Assembly: GCF_016432865.1 (NCBI RefSeq)
Contig: NC_067401.1
Location: 321,842,001 to 321,906,000, forward strand
DNA from: Antechinus flavipes
Taxonomy: Eukaryota
Length of the DNA stretch: 64,000 bases
Direction: 5' to 3'
The translations under genes and the position numbers were made by a program. Shown here one piece after another: positions 48,382 through 62,250 of the stretch. The notes beneath the pieces were generated by a model. That model saw only the letters and a program-made list of their open reading frames with translations, ran no database searches and had not been told where the DNA came from. How positions within the stretch are numbered: the stretch's first letter is position 1; each line of letters begins with the position of its first letter.

Positions 48382-49018
48382 GTAACAATGATATAGGTAT
48401 TAAATTAATAAATTTAATTTTCTTATCACTGCCAATTGAACACAGTTTGAGTGCTTTCCCATAGTCAAAATTAGATTTATTTTGAATGTATATGTTTAAT
48501 AAAATAGTTTTTTTATTTGGCAATATTCAGAAGATATTTCACAAAGTTGCATGATGTATAACTTGTTTTTGCTTTTGAATTTTGATATGCCATGCTTCTT
48601 TTATAAATAGTCTTAGCATCATTTATTTATAATTTTTAAAAATCAAATATAAGAAATTTTAAATAGAATATGCAATAATCCTTCTCTATTGTTTTCAGTA
48701 TTATGAACTCTTGATTATTTGGGAATCAGTTATCTAGTTTGTAAGTTGTTTTAGATATTTTTACTTCTTTTTCTTTAGAGACTTTTTCATTAACAAAAAA
48801 ATACTTCAATCAGGAAAGGCAAGGATAGAGAAGAGAAAAACACTGAATCAACTAATAAATACTTGCCACTTTTAAAAATAAATTTGGTGGGGAAATTAAA
48901 ATGATTAAAAAGCTAAGTGAATATTATTAATTATTTGCTACTCCTGTGTCCCAGAAAGAATTCTTTGTAGAATTCTGAAGATAATACTTCAGTACCTTTT
49001 TTTGTTACTAAAAAATGA

Positions 49019-49234
<216 letters not shown>

Positions 49235-49324
49235 TAGATTTTGGACAAGATACTTTTCAGTTAAGGCATTTGTCCCTGTATGAGATCTTTGAATATGGAA
49301 AATATTCTCAAAGGGCAGTATTAT

Positions 49325-49640
49325 TTCTTCACTTTATAATTCTTGCTTCCACAAAGAGAGCTGTTATAAATATTTTTGTAAAAATAGATCCTTTCACCCT
49401 TTAAAAAAGTTTCTTTGAGATATAGGATCTAATACTTTTCTGGATCAAAAGGTATACATAATTTATTGCTTTTTTAGGCATAGTTTCAAATTACTTTCCA
49501 GAAAGGATCAGTTTACAAATTTACCAATAGTTCATGTCCCAGTTTTTCTATATCCTCTCCAAGATTTATCATTTTCTTTTCCTGTCACATTAGCCAATCT
49601 AATAGGAGTGAAATGGTACTTCTGACTTGTTTTAATTTTC
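49325..49640 (-). mobile_element. Decayed L1 ORF2 fragment
   Basis: CCACAAAGAGAGCTGTTATAAATATTTTTGTA...CCTGTCACATTAGCCAATCTAATAGG homologous to the other L1 copies. Confidence 0.65.
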
Positions 49641-51412
49641 AGTTTGTCAGAATAATTTCTGAAAAAGGCATTGAAAGGCAAATAGTAACCTGTGGATACT
49701 CCCTGTCATCTTTAGAAGGCATTCTTGTGTTTCTAAGGCAGGATTTCCAGTCTTTGTAATTCAGAGACTGATAAATGAACTGCTTACTATTTTGAAAAAG
49801 TAAGAAGATGAATAGATAGGTGAGATACAGAAATTCAAAAGAAGGATATTGCTACTATGTACATATGCTCATTTTGCATAGTTTGAACATCCCAATGAAA
49901 AGCACAAATTGGCCTGTTACATTTTTTTTCCTATTATCTTCATGGACCATATTGGTTTTTGAGCATCATGTAATGATAGATCTACAGCTATGTAGTGATA
50001 TATGGGGATTTTAATAAGTTAAGATCTATGGGCTTCTTCATCCTGTTTCTAAAATTTTTCTTTTTCTTTGCTCTTACTGACTTAACTTGAGTATTTTGAA
50101 AATTAGTTGTCCGTCTTAAGACCATTAGATAAAACCGAGCTGTGTAGCAATTTTCATTTCTAAATTTCTCTTTTATATGGTACAGTTTAAAAATAGAACT
50201 TAAAAAAATTCCTTATTGTCATAAATGCTGAGCCTCATCAACTCATAAAATATCTCTCAAAATATTGAATTTTTAAAAATGTCATTCTGAAACCCTTTTA
50301 AAAGCATTTTATTGATATCTTTTGCTTTTATATGTACCAGAGTAAATATTTATTAAGTGCCTCCTTTTTGCCAGGTACTGTGCTATCATATTCATGTCCA
50401 AATATATTTTTTCCCTCTCCCCAGAGAACCATACTGAGTAACAATGAATGAGAAAAGTAATAGGGAACCCAAGTAGTTCAACAAAACCAACCAAAATAGC
50501 CATAGGATCTGATAGCTTCTTTTGTGATGCATATGTCCATTGTTTTTTCTATTTTTTCGCATTTGTGTCCAGCTAAGTAGAAAGAAAACAGAAACAATAG
50601 AATGTAAAAATATATAATGTTTCCTATTTGTTTTTAATCTGAGCGTTAATGCATTGTTTGTTTGGGTAGGACTAAAGCTTATATGTAGAAATTCAAATAT
50701 TTGATGTAAAAATTGGTAGGCAAACTTCATTTTTTTTTTTTTTTGTTAAACATTATGTTTTTAAGGACTTTTATATGTTTATTTTACATATAACTTAATT
50801 AAATAAAGTGAATTTAGTGAGGTCAAAGAGAGAAAGACATGTATTCAAAACCAAAATCCATACTGTCCTTATAACTGTCAGCAAATCACTTAGTCCTCTA
50901 GGCAAATTTATGCAAATTGCTTTTATATTTCATATTATTATCATATGCATCAATGGAAAGAGTTTCCTCATGGGCGATTTCTATCATAGATGAAATTATA
51001 GACTCAGATTGTTAAAAAGACACAAATTTATCTGTATTATAATGTTCTTTCTTTGATGAACTTCATGTATTTTACCAAAATTATTTTGTACCTAGCACTA
51101 TACCAAACACTGTAATATATGCTTGTAAGTGATTCTTCAGTTGATTGCTTCAAGACAAAAAACATGTGTGATACTCAAAAGTAAAGTAGAATTAGTCCAA
51201 TTGAAGGAATATCTAAGAAGAATGAAATAAGTATCAGTTGTCTTTTCCAATATATTTTGCTAATTTCAAGAAATGTTTTAATATTCACATATTTCTTAAA
51301 TATTTGTTATTTAGTCATAGTTTAGATAAGTACCCTTTCTGTGACTTTGTGTAACATGCTGTAATTTGTAGAATTGTGTGATTTGAACTCTTAGACCTAA
51401 TAGATTTTTTTA

Positions 51413-51612
51413 GCTACAGTGAACTAAGCTGTTCAGATCAGCATTAATATGGTGAGCTCCTCGGATTGGACTTTGGCAGGTGGCATCCAGAAGGTCAAAC
51501 TGGCCCATGTTGGAAATGGATTGGATTATTTCCATGAAGATCACAGTGGGATCACTTCCAAAAGTAGTCAGTTTACACTTCTAACCTGGGCTAGTGAGGG
51601 AGACCTAATCTT
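51413..51612 (+). pseudogene. 5'-truncated 7SL-derived retrocopy in PEX7 intron 3
   Basis: CAGCATTAATATGGTGAGCTCC...AAACTGGCCCATGTTGGAAATGGA...CAGTGGGATCAC...CACTTCTAACCTGGGC...GGGAGACC aligns to the 7SL S domain and 3' end; A-rich tail to about 51632. Confidence 0.75.
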
Positions 51613-53414
51613 AAAAACAACAAAATTAAAACATCTGTTATCATTTGGAACAACTATGTATTTTCTTATACGAAAATTCTGTTTCTTTTTATACAAAGCC
51701 CATCTCTTTTAGAGTTCTTGTTTTTTAAACTTGTACAATTTTTAATGACATAAATTTTACTTAGGATTTATTTATGCTCAATTTCATTAGTTATCAGAAT
51801 TTATTTAATTTCTAGTTTCTTGTTTAATTAAACTTGACAAAACAGAGCAAGGCATTAGAGAGAATTTTCTCGATTTACACACTATTAGACTTTAGTAGTT
51901 GAATGTTTGGGGAGGAAAGATAGAAAAAAAGTATAAAATTCTTTTCATTTGAATTAACTCAGGATGCTTTTTCACAAAGTATGACTTGGATTTAGAGGTG
52001 AACTGACCATATTCTTAGAATCTTGTTATATTACCCTAGATTTGTCTAGTGCCAACTGGATTTCTTGCTGTTTCTTGCTTATCTCCTGTTGTAATGCTTT
52101 TGTACTCCCTCATGTCTAGAATGTACTCCTTTTTCACCTTTGTCTTTTATAATTCCCGTCATCCTTCAGCACAAAGTTTAGATACATTTTTTGGTAAGAA
52201 GTCTCTCTTGGCCTCCCTTCTTGTCCCAGCTCCTAGAAACTTCCTTTTCTTCAGATTACTCTGTAAAATACAAGCTATTTACATGTTGTCTACTATATTG
52301 GAATGTAGAGACTATTTTTGCCTTTTTGTCCTTCTCTACTTCTTATTTAGCACAATATCAGGCAGGTAGTAAATACTTAAATGTGTTAGCCAGATGAATG
52401 CTTTGGAATTTGTATTTCCTGCCTTAGCTTGGGGACTAGTCTTGGGGAGAGTTTCAGAGGAAAAGGTACTATTAAAGATAAAGATATCTGGGAAAGGCTT
52501 TAGCTGAAATCTGAGAGAAGCTAAGACAAGTAAGAGAGCCCTAGGCATGAGGGATAAATAGTGGTAATTAATAGCCTATTTTGTCTTTCTTGCCTCTGGT
52601 CTTCCCAACCTATTTTTCATGCTGCTATTCAGCTAATCCTGCTAATATAATTATAGTATCTACCTTATAGGATTATTAAAAGAAGAACACTTGTTCCAGA
52701 CAGAGAGAATAGACAGCCTTTACATTGTGCTAGACTTTTGGCCCTGTGAAAAGATGACAACTCATTGTTTGTCTTCATCTTGCTGAATTTTATATGAAAT
52801 TCACAGACTGAAGTTGAGATAGTCCTGAAAGTTTTAGGACAATAAAAAAGACTCTGAACACCTTTCCTTGTTAAATTGTGTATATATGTTTAGGTTGTTT
52901 TTAAGAGCTTGCCTTTTTCCCTAGAAAATTGAGAAATCTGTTTGTAGCTGACTTAAGTTAAACTCTAGTTAGAGGATTTACATTTAGTTTTTGATTATCC
53001 TTTACCATCCAAAGCAAGATACTAGTTAAGAAATGAATATGGTTAACCAGTTTTAAATTTCATCATGAAGATGATATTTAAGGTAATTTCTTATTAAAGA
53101 GTTTGAATTCTTTGCTCTTTGTACAAAATCTTTATACAAAAATATGAGTCAATTTCTTTCATGTAGTTATTGCTTATTTATATTTTCATAAGAAATGTAA
53201 AAAGAAAATCTAATTTAGTGATACAAAACTTAGATCCCCAAATCCTTAAAGAATGTGGTACCATACCTAGTTTTCTAGCTTATTTGCATATGAATAGACA
53301 TTCATACTATTTTGTGGTTTGTAGATTTTCTTTTTTTAAAAAATCTTATTTGATATAAAATTAGATGTTAAGATTTTGATTTCAAATCTCATGATTTGAA
53401 AGGGGAAGGAAAGG

Positions 53415-53670
53415 AAGAAGCATTTATATAGTAGCTACAATGTGCCAGGCACTGTGCACTTATACTTTTACAAATAGTATCTAATTTGTTCCTCAACAAT
53501 AATCCTACGAGACAGATGCTATTTTTATTCCCATTTTATAGATGAGGGAATAGATAAACAAGGGTTAAGTGACTTGTCCAGAGTAACTCAAGAGAATGTC
53601 TAAGGGTAAATTCTGACTTCAGTTTTTTCTGACTCCAGGCCTGGTGCTGTGGCTACCATACTACCAGTTG
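53415..53670. mobile_element. MIR-family SINE
   Basis: AGCATTTATATA...GTGCCAGGCACTGTGC...CCCATTTTATAGATGAGG...GGTTAAGTGACTTGTCCA. Confidence 0.7.
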
Positions 53671-54510
53671 CCTCATGACATGCTAGGGGAATTTCTACTG
53701 TTTTTTGAGAATAAGGTCTCAAAGAAAATAGACATCAGTAAGTTTTTTCTTCAAGAAGTAGTAATTTGGTAGTAGTAGTAGCTGCAGTTCTCTGATAGGA
53801 AGTCCCCAGATGAAGGTACATAGAGATGGTGAGATAGAAAAAATGTTCATCATTTTCCAATGAATTCACATCTTCAAAAATGGTTTTAAGTAATGAAAAA
53901 AGAGATGTATTGATTTATATGCAAAACTAAATCATTGAATTTAATTTAATAATTGATGTTGTTTTATGAGAGAGCTTTTTCAGAAGTATAGCTTGTAAGC
54001 ACAAATTTTATTATTACAGCTAATTACCAGAGTTCATTTTGAATCTTTTTAAGGTTTGCCAATTTCAATTAAGATACACTAAATTAAAACACTTTTCATT
54101 CAGAGGTTTTCTAATTCCATATGCCAAACACAATAGTAAGAGATACAAACCACTGATTTATTTATTCTTTGAAAGGATTTTGAAAATAAATCCTAAATGT
54201 TTTATGATCTTTTTTCAATTATTTTACTTCATAAAATACTAGATGACACTGAAAATGTGAAAACCATCTTTAGTTCCATAAGACATTAAATTATGAAGTA
54301 ACTCATTCACCTGAAGACTTTTCCGATAAACCATTAATAGACTAGTAATTCTCATTTTAAATCTTCGAATTCACTGAATTATATTTGAGATTGGTGCAGT
54401 AGTTAATAACTAAAGCATTTGAGAAAAAAAATTGAAATATGAGGGCCATATGTGAAGTTACTTCTTTTATTTTCTTTTTATAGTATATGTATTCATGTAT
54501 AGGAATATAA

Positions 54511-54531
54511 TACACACACACACAAACATAC

Positions 54532-54589
<58 letters not shown>

Positions 54590-54593
54590 TTTG
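54511..54593. repeat. Compound (CA)n-(TA)n-(T)n microsatellite
   Basis: Direct reading. Confidence 0.9.
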
Positions 54594-56566
54594 TCTGTAT
54601 TATATCATTGGTATAGGAAATTTCCAATAAGGAAAGTTCTTTCACCAATGGAGATGCCACATCAGACACTAATTAGCTGTGTGCTCTTAGACAAGATATG
54701 GATCCTTTACGAATTCCCTTTTCCTATCTGTAAAATGAGGAAAAACTTGATGGCTTCTAAAGTCTCTTCATGCTTTAAGTCTGTGGTCCTCTGTTTATTG
54801 AATCCTTTTCTTTTAAGATCAAGGTCATACATATCTCACATTTACCATGCAGATGCACTCTAGTCCAAAGTAAGGTATTCTTTCTTTTTACTGTAGTACT
54901 GTACCTCTGTAGCACTTCTTGTTTGTATTATTCAGTTAGCATTTAATGTGTATTGCCTTTTGTTGTTAATTTTCTTTTCACATTTATGTCTTCCTGAATA
55001 GAATCTGAGCTTTTTAAACACAGGAATTGCCCTATACTTTTTTCATCTTTCATAGCACCTAACCAAGGCATGGGATTTTAGATCTAGAGTGGGAAGGTAC
55101 TTCATAGAAATCATCTAGTCTAATCCCTTTATTCTATAGGTGAGGAACTTTGACCCAGAGAGATTAAAGTAACTTTCCCAAGGTCATACATGTAAAAAGG
55201 CGAGGATTTGAAGTCAGGTTTTCTGCCTCCATAGTTCTATTTTTTTTTTTTTCCAATGTACACGCTTCTTCCTTTTTATTTGTTTTTCATTTTAAGTCAC
55301 TATTTTATTTGGTTTATATTTGAGATAATCAATATAATACTTATAGTTCCCATAGCTACTTTTATTGACACTAAACATTAACAATACTAACAGTAGTATT
55401 TTCTTTTTCTTTTTGCAAACTCATCACCAGAAGGTTTTGCCAGATTAGGAAGCTTAGGAGGACATCTCTTCTGGTTCAGTAGTCTGTATCAGTGAGCCTA
55501 CACCTTGTAAATATTAGGCACTCAAGTAGTGATTGATTTGACAGTCATTTGTTTCCTTGTTTTTCAAGAAATAGTCTTTCATCTCACCAGCATATCTGTC
55601 TTGTAGTTAGTTCTGGTCTATGTTTACTGTGCTCTTTTTTTTTTTCCTTGAAAGAACAAAACTATTTAAAAAATTATAATACATACTAATTTTATCAGGG
55701 TTTAAAAAGAAAGCTGCAACAGTGTAGTTTTCTCTACCTTGAAGTGTATGAAGGAGAGTTGTGTTAAGTCTTTAAGTATCTTAGACATAGATGTATTGGG
55801 GACAGGATGTAGTATTTACATTTATTATAACCAGACTTTAGTAATATAAATCATAACAAATCATACTAGCATATGAAAGCCAAAAATGACCTATTGACTA
55901 ATTATATTTACTTGTATCTTTATTAAATTAATTAAGTATGCCTAGGTGATATTTACATATGTTTATAGATACTTAAACGTTTTTTCAGATTCAGCATATA
56001 GAATTGATCTATAAAATCAGTAGTAAAAAAATGAGATTTCTAGTGATTTTTTTCATGTTAACTGACCAGGGAACTAAAAGCAGTAAGAAATAGATGAGAA
56101 AAACAGTGCAGGATAACTAAGCTGTTTACCATGAGATTGGAAAGCTCATAACCATTCCTATAAGTATCCTCTAAGAAAGGCCAGATATGGATATTAATTT
56201 AATTTTAATACCATCTGATAAACATTGACTAAGCATGCTTTTTGAAATGACTAACTTTCTAATCTGCCTTGACATTTCTTTGGGGTGCTGCAAACAGTGA
56301 TATATTGGTAGGTTTAAAAAAAGTGTAATTTTGTAATGAAGGAGATTTTAGAATATATTGTAGAAATATTTTGAAGTAGAGTAGATTCTCATTTTCCATG
56401 ATGGTTTAGATACAATAAACTAAATGATCATATGACTTTCTGTTCTTTAGATTTTAATATGCAATTTCTAAGATATCCTTATTTCTATCCTAAAAAAGAT
56501 GTTTCTTGTAATTTAATGCCATTAAAATATTGTGATAATATATTGAAACTTTAAAAATATTTTTAG

Positions 56567-56644
56567 GTGTATAGTGTTGACTGGAGCCAAACCAGAGGTG
56601 AGCAGCTTGTAGTGTCTGGCTCATGGGATCAAACAGCCAAACTG
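56567..56644 (+). CDS. PEX7: PEX7 exon 4 (78 nt)
   Basis: TTTTTAG|GTG TAT AGT...; VYSVDWSQTRGEQLVVSGSWDQTAKL; donor CTG|GTAAGT. Confidence 0.97.
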
Positions 56645-57707
56645 GTAAGTTAAAACATACAGAACAAATAGGTTATTTTCATTCAATGTATTAAACATAC
56701 ATTTATTGTATATCTGTTGTGTACAAAGCTCTGATCCAGGGGCATAGAGAATACACTTTTTAAATAAGACATAGTCTCCATCTGCATGGATTTCACAAGT
56801 CTTATCACCCAATTTCTTTTCTTTTTTCCCAAATGTGTTTCTCTGGGTTTGTTTGTTTTGCTTATACTATATAATTTCTTTTAAAGTAGAGTATTTTTAA
56901 AAAATTCATTGATAGCTTTTGTTTTTATATCACCTTCATTTCTAGATGTATCTCTTTCTATTTTTCCCCCCAAAACTCATCATTTGTAACAAAGAATAAA
57001 AAAAAAAAGAGAAAAGAAAAGAAAAACCAGATCAGCAAAACTAGCTACATCAGCCAAATGTGACAGAACATGTGGAATTCTATACCCATAATCTCCTAGG
57101 TCTGCAAGTGAAGGATGAAAGTGTATTTTGCCCTCCCCCCATTCTGCCCAGATTTGTTCTTCATACTAGTACTAGTATTTATTTACTTATAAATTTTTAT
57201 AAACTTTAAAGTTTACAACATTTTTTGCAGGTATTATCACTTGATTATTGCAACAATCTTGAAAAATAGGTACTATTTTTATTCTAATTTTATACCAGAG
57301 GAAACTGAGACAGGTAGAAATTAAGTGACTTATTTGTCCAGGATCACACAGCTAATAAATTGCTGAAGTCAAATTTGAATTCAAGCCTAGTGCTCTATCA
57401 CTGTACTACCTAACTGCCTCATCCCTTAATATTCCATTACTAAATATTGCTTTTTGAGTTCTTTATAACTGGGCAAGTCACTTAACTACTATCTGTCTCA
57501 GTTTTCTTATCTAAAATCAGTATAATTTAATACCTCCTATGATTGTCATAAAGTTTCAGTGAGGTAATATTTAAGTTCTTTGCAAATTTTAAAGTGCTGT
57601 ATAAATGCTGTGGGAAGGGGGTCAAATAACTAGCTTTATATTAAGATTTAAAAGATTTTGAATTTTCTATGTGTGTATCATTCAGATACTAATTTATTTA
57701 TTTTTAG

Positions 57708-57816
57708 TGGGATCCAGCAGTTGGAAAGTCACTATGTACTTTTAAAGGTCATGAAGGTGTCATTTACAGCACAATCTGGTCACCCCACATCCCTGGTTGT
57801 TTTGCATCAACTTCAG
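57708..57816 (+). CDS. PEX7: PEX7 exon 5 (109 nt)
   Basis: TTTTTAG|TGG GAT CCA...; [36 protein letters not shown](G); donor CAG|GTAAAT; TACTAAT branch-like motif at 57687-57693. Confidence 0.97.
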
Positions 57817-60555
57817 GTAAATATATTGATACTTGTTCAAAAGTCATCATTGTGGCGAATGGCTTGTCTTCTTTTCTCCAGTAGATGGCATTCTGTATCT
57901 TGACATCAGGAAGAAAACAAATTTATAAAGGTGTGTCATCATTGGGAGCTTCTGTTGGGATCTTTATATTGTTGATTCTGTTCTAGTACATTGCCAGTAG
58001 TTACTGTTCCCTGAGGCTTTTTTTTTTTTTTTTTTTTGACAATCTTGCTCAATTATTGATTTTAGTCAACTTGGTTGTCAGACCTCATCCCTGCTTCTGT
58101 TACTATTTTCTTTATTCTTTTGGTTACTACAGACTTAATGACTGTTCTTTTACCTTGTTTCTTTTGTTCTTGTTTGTGATTATGGTATCACTTAAATAAT
58201 TAGTGTAAAACAACTATTTAAATGGATTTGGGCAAGACCTTTAGCTGAAGAAAAAAATTTTCTGTTTATATATATATATGCCTAAATTGTGTATTATTTC
58301 AAGAAGAAATTATAATTGGACTTGAAAGCAGTGTTTGGTTAAAATTGGTTAAAAACCAATTGAGGTAAGGATATTTCACTTTCCACTGCTAATTAGTAAA
58401 GATATTCTAAATACCTAATATTATATATATAATATACATATGTATATAGTATATACATACAAAAATTTTAAAGAAAGATTCAACTTTTTTTGGGGGGGAT
58501 ATATCATTGATTTATAAAAATAGCTACCATTACACTTTAACATTTAGAAAGCATTTTTCTGACAGTAGTCCTGTGAAATTGGCATTATAAATAATGCCAT
58601 AATCTCTATTTCATTAAAAAAAAAAAAGATACTGAGTTTTGGGAAAGTTAAGCATCTTGCCCAATGTCAGACAATTTCCAGGTGGCAGAGAGTAACCCAA
58701 AATTCAGCCTTCAGGATTCCAAGTCCAACTTTCTTTCTTCTAGGATATGAGATTAAACAAATACCAATTATTTGTCAGGTAAATGACAATTTTTTACTGA
58801 TGCCCCAAACTTTTACTTCTTAAAACTTTGAACACTCTCTTAAAACTTTATATTTTATATATATTTGATACACATATGTAAATATATTTGACTTAAAACT
58901 TTGACTCTCCCTTCTCCCTGTCTTACTACTTTTCCATCTCAGTTCAAAGTCCAGTTGCTGTGCTGAGGTTTTAGATATTTTACTCTATATGTTTTAGATT
59001 GAGAAATGCTGGCCTAAATAATTGTTGAATTGCAGGATTTAGGACTAAAAGGCATCTTGGGATAATGATGCTAAGTATTAGAGTGCTATTGTTCAATTCA
59101 AGAGTCCTTATTTTGCAGATGTTACATTTAGGAATATATTTCTCCAGATAATAAAACCCTTCTTCTAAAAAGTAAGCACTTTTGCATATTATCTAGTTTT
59201 TCTTTGAAATATGTTAAATAGATTGACTATTATTGGTTATTTCTGTTTTAATTGAATGTTGAAATAAAGAATGAATGACTTAGTCATATAGCTAGAGGTG
59301 GAGTTACCCTAAAACTCAGGTCTCTTCAGCTCTGTCCATCAGATTATATTATTCTTTAGATAAGTGAAGGTAAAATTAGTATTTATACAGTGTTACAAAT
59401 AAAAAGTTCAGATTTGCTTATTTTGTTTTGGTAAAAATAATAGTTTCTACTGTAATTTTCATTTTTATTGATTTCAGGGCAACAATGCTATTACATTCCA
59501 TTTTGGAAGCTTTTGATTTAAAACATTTTAAGTGGTCACATACAATCAGAATAGCTAAGCTCATAAGATTCTTGTAGAACTTTTATTAACTTCAAGCTAT
59601 TTCAACTGAGCCTTGTTTGTGAATATGAAATATTTTCAAGTAACAATTACTTCAGGGTAATCTTTTTATATCTATCATTCTTACTGTGGGTATCAAGTAT
59701 TATTTAAGATTTTCTTATCCAATTAGTGGCTGATTAATACTGCCCCTTCCTTTTATCTAATGCCAGCATCTGTACTTGAGCTGTAGATAAAATAAGAGCT
59801 ATCATATTATTAAATCACTATTTAATTAGGATAGTGAGAATCTCAGTGCTCTTGGTTGCTGGATAACTTTGGCTTGACAGTTTTGATTGCTTTTACTTTT
59901 ATTTTTGCACAAAATCTGTTCTGTTTCATTATTGGATTTCTTTTTCTTCATCAGTGACAAAAGTAATAAATGGTTTCTAGATGCATATAGGAGACATTCA
60001 GACATGGAGAATTACAGGTGAAATATAGACAGACAAATATTGAAGTTTAACTAATTCTGCTTTTTAAAATCCAGTATCATTAATGAGTGATTTTTTTTTT
60101 TTAGGTTTTAACTATTATAGGGAAACACTTTAAGAAATGTCTTCGCATCATGGAAATGGAAATTTATTTTTTTAAAAAGATAAGTTGCTTATACTGTGTC
60201 ACTTTGTTTCATTGCTTTTAGGACCATCAATTAATTGTCAAACATTATACAGACAAAAAAATAGTGAAATAATCCTTGCCGTCAATAACTTTTGTTCTGT
60301 TAGGGTATTCAATGTGTAAGCATTTAAGCATATAAAAAATAACTAAGTTTAGTGAAATTTTATTGGGGAGAGATACTCACAGCTAGAGGGATTAAGAAAG
60401 GGTCTTTTATAGAAACATGTTTAACATGAATTCTGAAGGAAACTAGGGATTGTAAAAGGCAGAGATGAGGAGGTGGTACATTCTAAGAATGAAAGGCAAC
60501 TATGGAATAACATAAATATGGGAGATGGAATATCATTTGTGAGGCATAGCAAGGC

Positions 60556-60557
<2 letters not shown>

Positions 60558-60587
<30 letters not shown>
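60558..60587. repeat. (GT)n microsatellite inside an L2 remnant
   Basis: Direct reading. Confidence 0.9.
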
Positions 60588-60589
<2 letters not shown>

Positions 60590-60699
60590 CTAGGCCATAG
60601 AGTGCATGAAGAAGAATAGTAATGTGAGGCCAGATTGTGAAAGATCGTAAAAGTCAATGGAAAAAAGTTCTGAAAGACTGGCAATTTATTTAATAATTT

Positions 60700-61176
60700 T
60701 TTTAAAATTCAGGATTATACTTTGCTGGGAATATTTTCAGCCTCAACCTCAATGCTTTTTCTCTTATATATATATATATATAAATTACAAGATCTGTAGT
60801 CTTTTAATGTAGCTATTGTTAGGTCTTGTGTGATTCTAATTGTGGTTCTGCTGTATTTGAAATGTTTTTTTTTTTTTTTCCATTACTCATAACATTTTCT
60901 CCTTGACCTAGGTTATTTGAAATTTGGCTATGATGTTCCTGTAGGTTTTCCTAGTAGGATCTCTTACAGATAGTGCTTGTTGGATGTTTTCCTATTTCTA
61001 TATTCCTCTCTTGTTCTAACACTTCAGTACAGTTTTCTTTGATTATTTCTTGTATTATTGTATCAAGATTCCTTTTTTATTGTAGCTTTCAGGGAGTCCA
61101 ATTATTATGCTTTGTCTTTATCTGTTCTCCAGATCAGTTGTTTTTTTTAATGAGATGTTTCACATTCTCTCCTATT

Positions 61177-61211
<35 letters not shown>

Positions 61212-62250
61212 TTACATATATATATATTTATTATTTCTTGATTTCTTGTAATTTTGTTAACTTCCCCTTGCCCAGTTCTAGTTTTCAAGAAGTCATTTTC
61301 TTTCTTAAGATTCTGGATCTCCTCTTCAATTTGGTTGACTTTCTTTTCATTATCTTGTTTTTCTTGAATTGTTCTTCCCTTCCTTTTTCTCCCTTCAATC
61401 TCTCTAATTTGATTTTTTTTGGGGGGGGGGGTGTGAGGTGATTGGAGTTAAGTGACTTGCCCAGGGTCACACAGTTAGGAAGTGTTAAGTGTCCGAGGTC
61501 AGATTTGAACATAGGTCCTCCTGACTTCAGAGCTGGGGCTCTAATTTGATTTTTAAAGAGGTTTTTTTTTTTTTTTTTTTTTTAGTTGTTCTGTGAATTC
61601 TTTTTGGACAGGTGACAATTTGAACTTACTTTTTTGGGTAAGAGAGGCTTTTTTGCTTCAGTATCCTCCTCTGAAGATGAACCCCAGTCTTCTTTATTCC
61701 CATAGTATGTTGGTGTAATGACTTCTAATCCTGGTGTGTGTGTGTGCACACATGCGCATGTAAGCATGTGAGCGCGTGTGCACCTCTGGTCTCAGGTCTT
61801 TCTTCAGTTTCCCCTTTGGGAACCAAAACCAAGAACTCTGCTCTCCTGTAAGTGCTCATAACCAATAGCATTTTCAGACCACTTCTTCTTCACTAACCAG
61901 GTGTGTGCTGGTTCCTTCCCACCCAGACTTCTCAGCAACACATCTGGCCCTGGGGTCTCTTAACAGCAGAGGTTCCCTCAATCTTCTCTAATTTAGATGC
62001 CTGACTGAGAGGTGAAAATTCATGTGGCTACTTCCCAATCCAGTTAACCCCACTATGTTTTTCCTTGTGCTTTTTCAGTAGGACTAGCCTGGAGGTATTT
62101 AATACTCTATCCTGGTATTTTTTCTTTGTATCTTTTCCTATTGTTCCAGGAAGATCATTGTTCTGCCCTACTCTGTGTTCATCCAGAGGTGCTAATTTGT
62201 CTTGTTTGCCTGGAAAATGTGGAGAGCTTGTAATTTTCTGACCAATTCCA
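60700..62250 (-). mobile_element. Decayed L1/HAL1 5' region (ORF1-like) in PEX7 intron 5
   Basis: T-rich reverse-strand ORF1-like motifs (GTTCTCCAGATCAGTTGTTTTT, homologous to the ORF1 fragment at 32835); interrupted by (GT)n and a SINE. Boundaries approximate. Confidence 0.55.
61418..61538 (-). mobile_element. 5'-truncated WSINE1-type SINE with C11-A tail
   Basis: Perfect 16-bp TSD CTCTAATTTGATTTTT at 61402-61417 and 61539-61554. Confidence 0.9.

Noticed and set aside
57658-57903. 81-aa ORF overlapping PEX7 exon 5
   Set aside because: Alternative-frame reading across the intron-exon boundary; the spliced frame gives the conserved WD40 sequence
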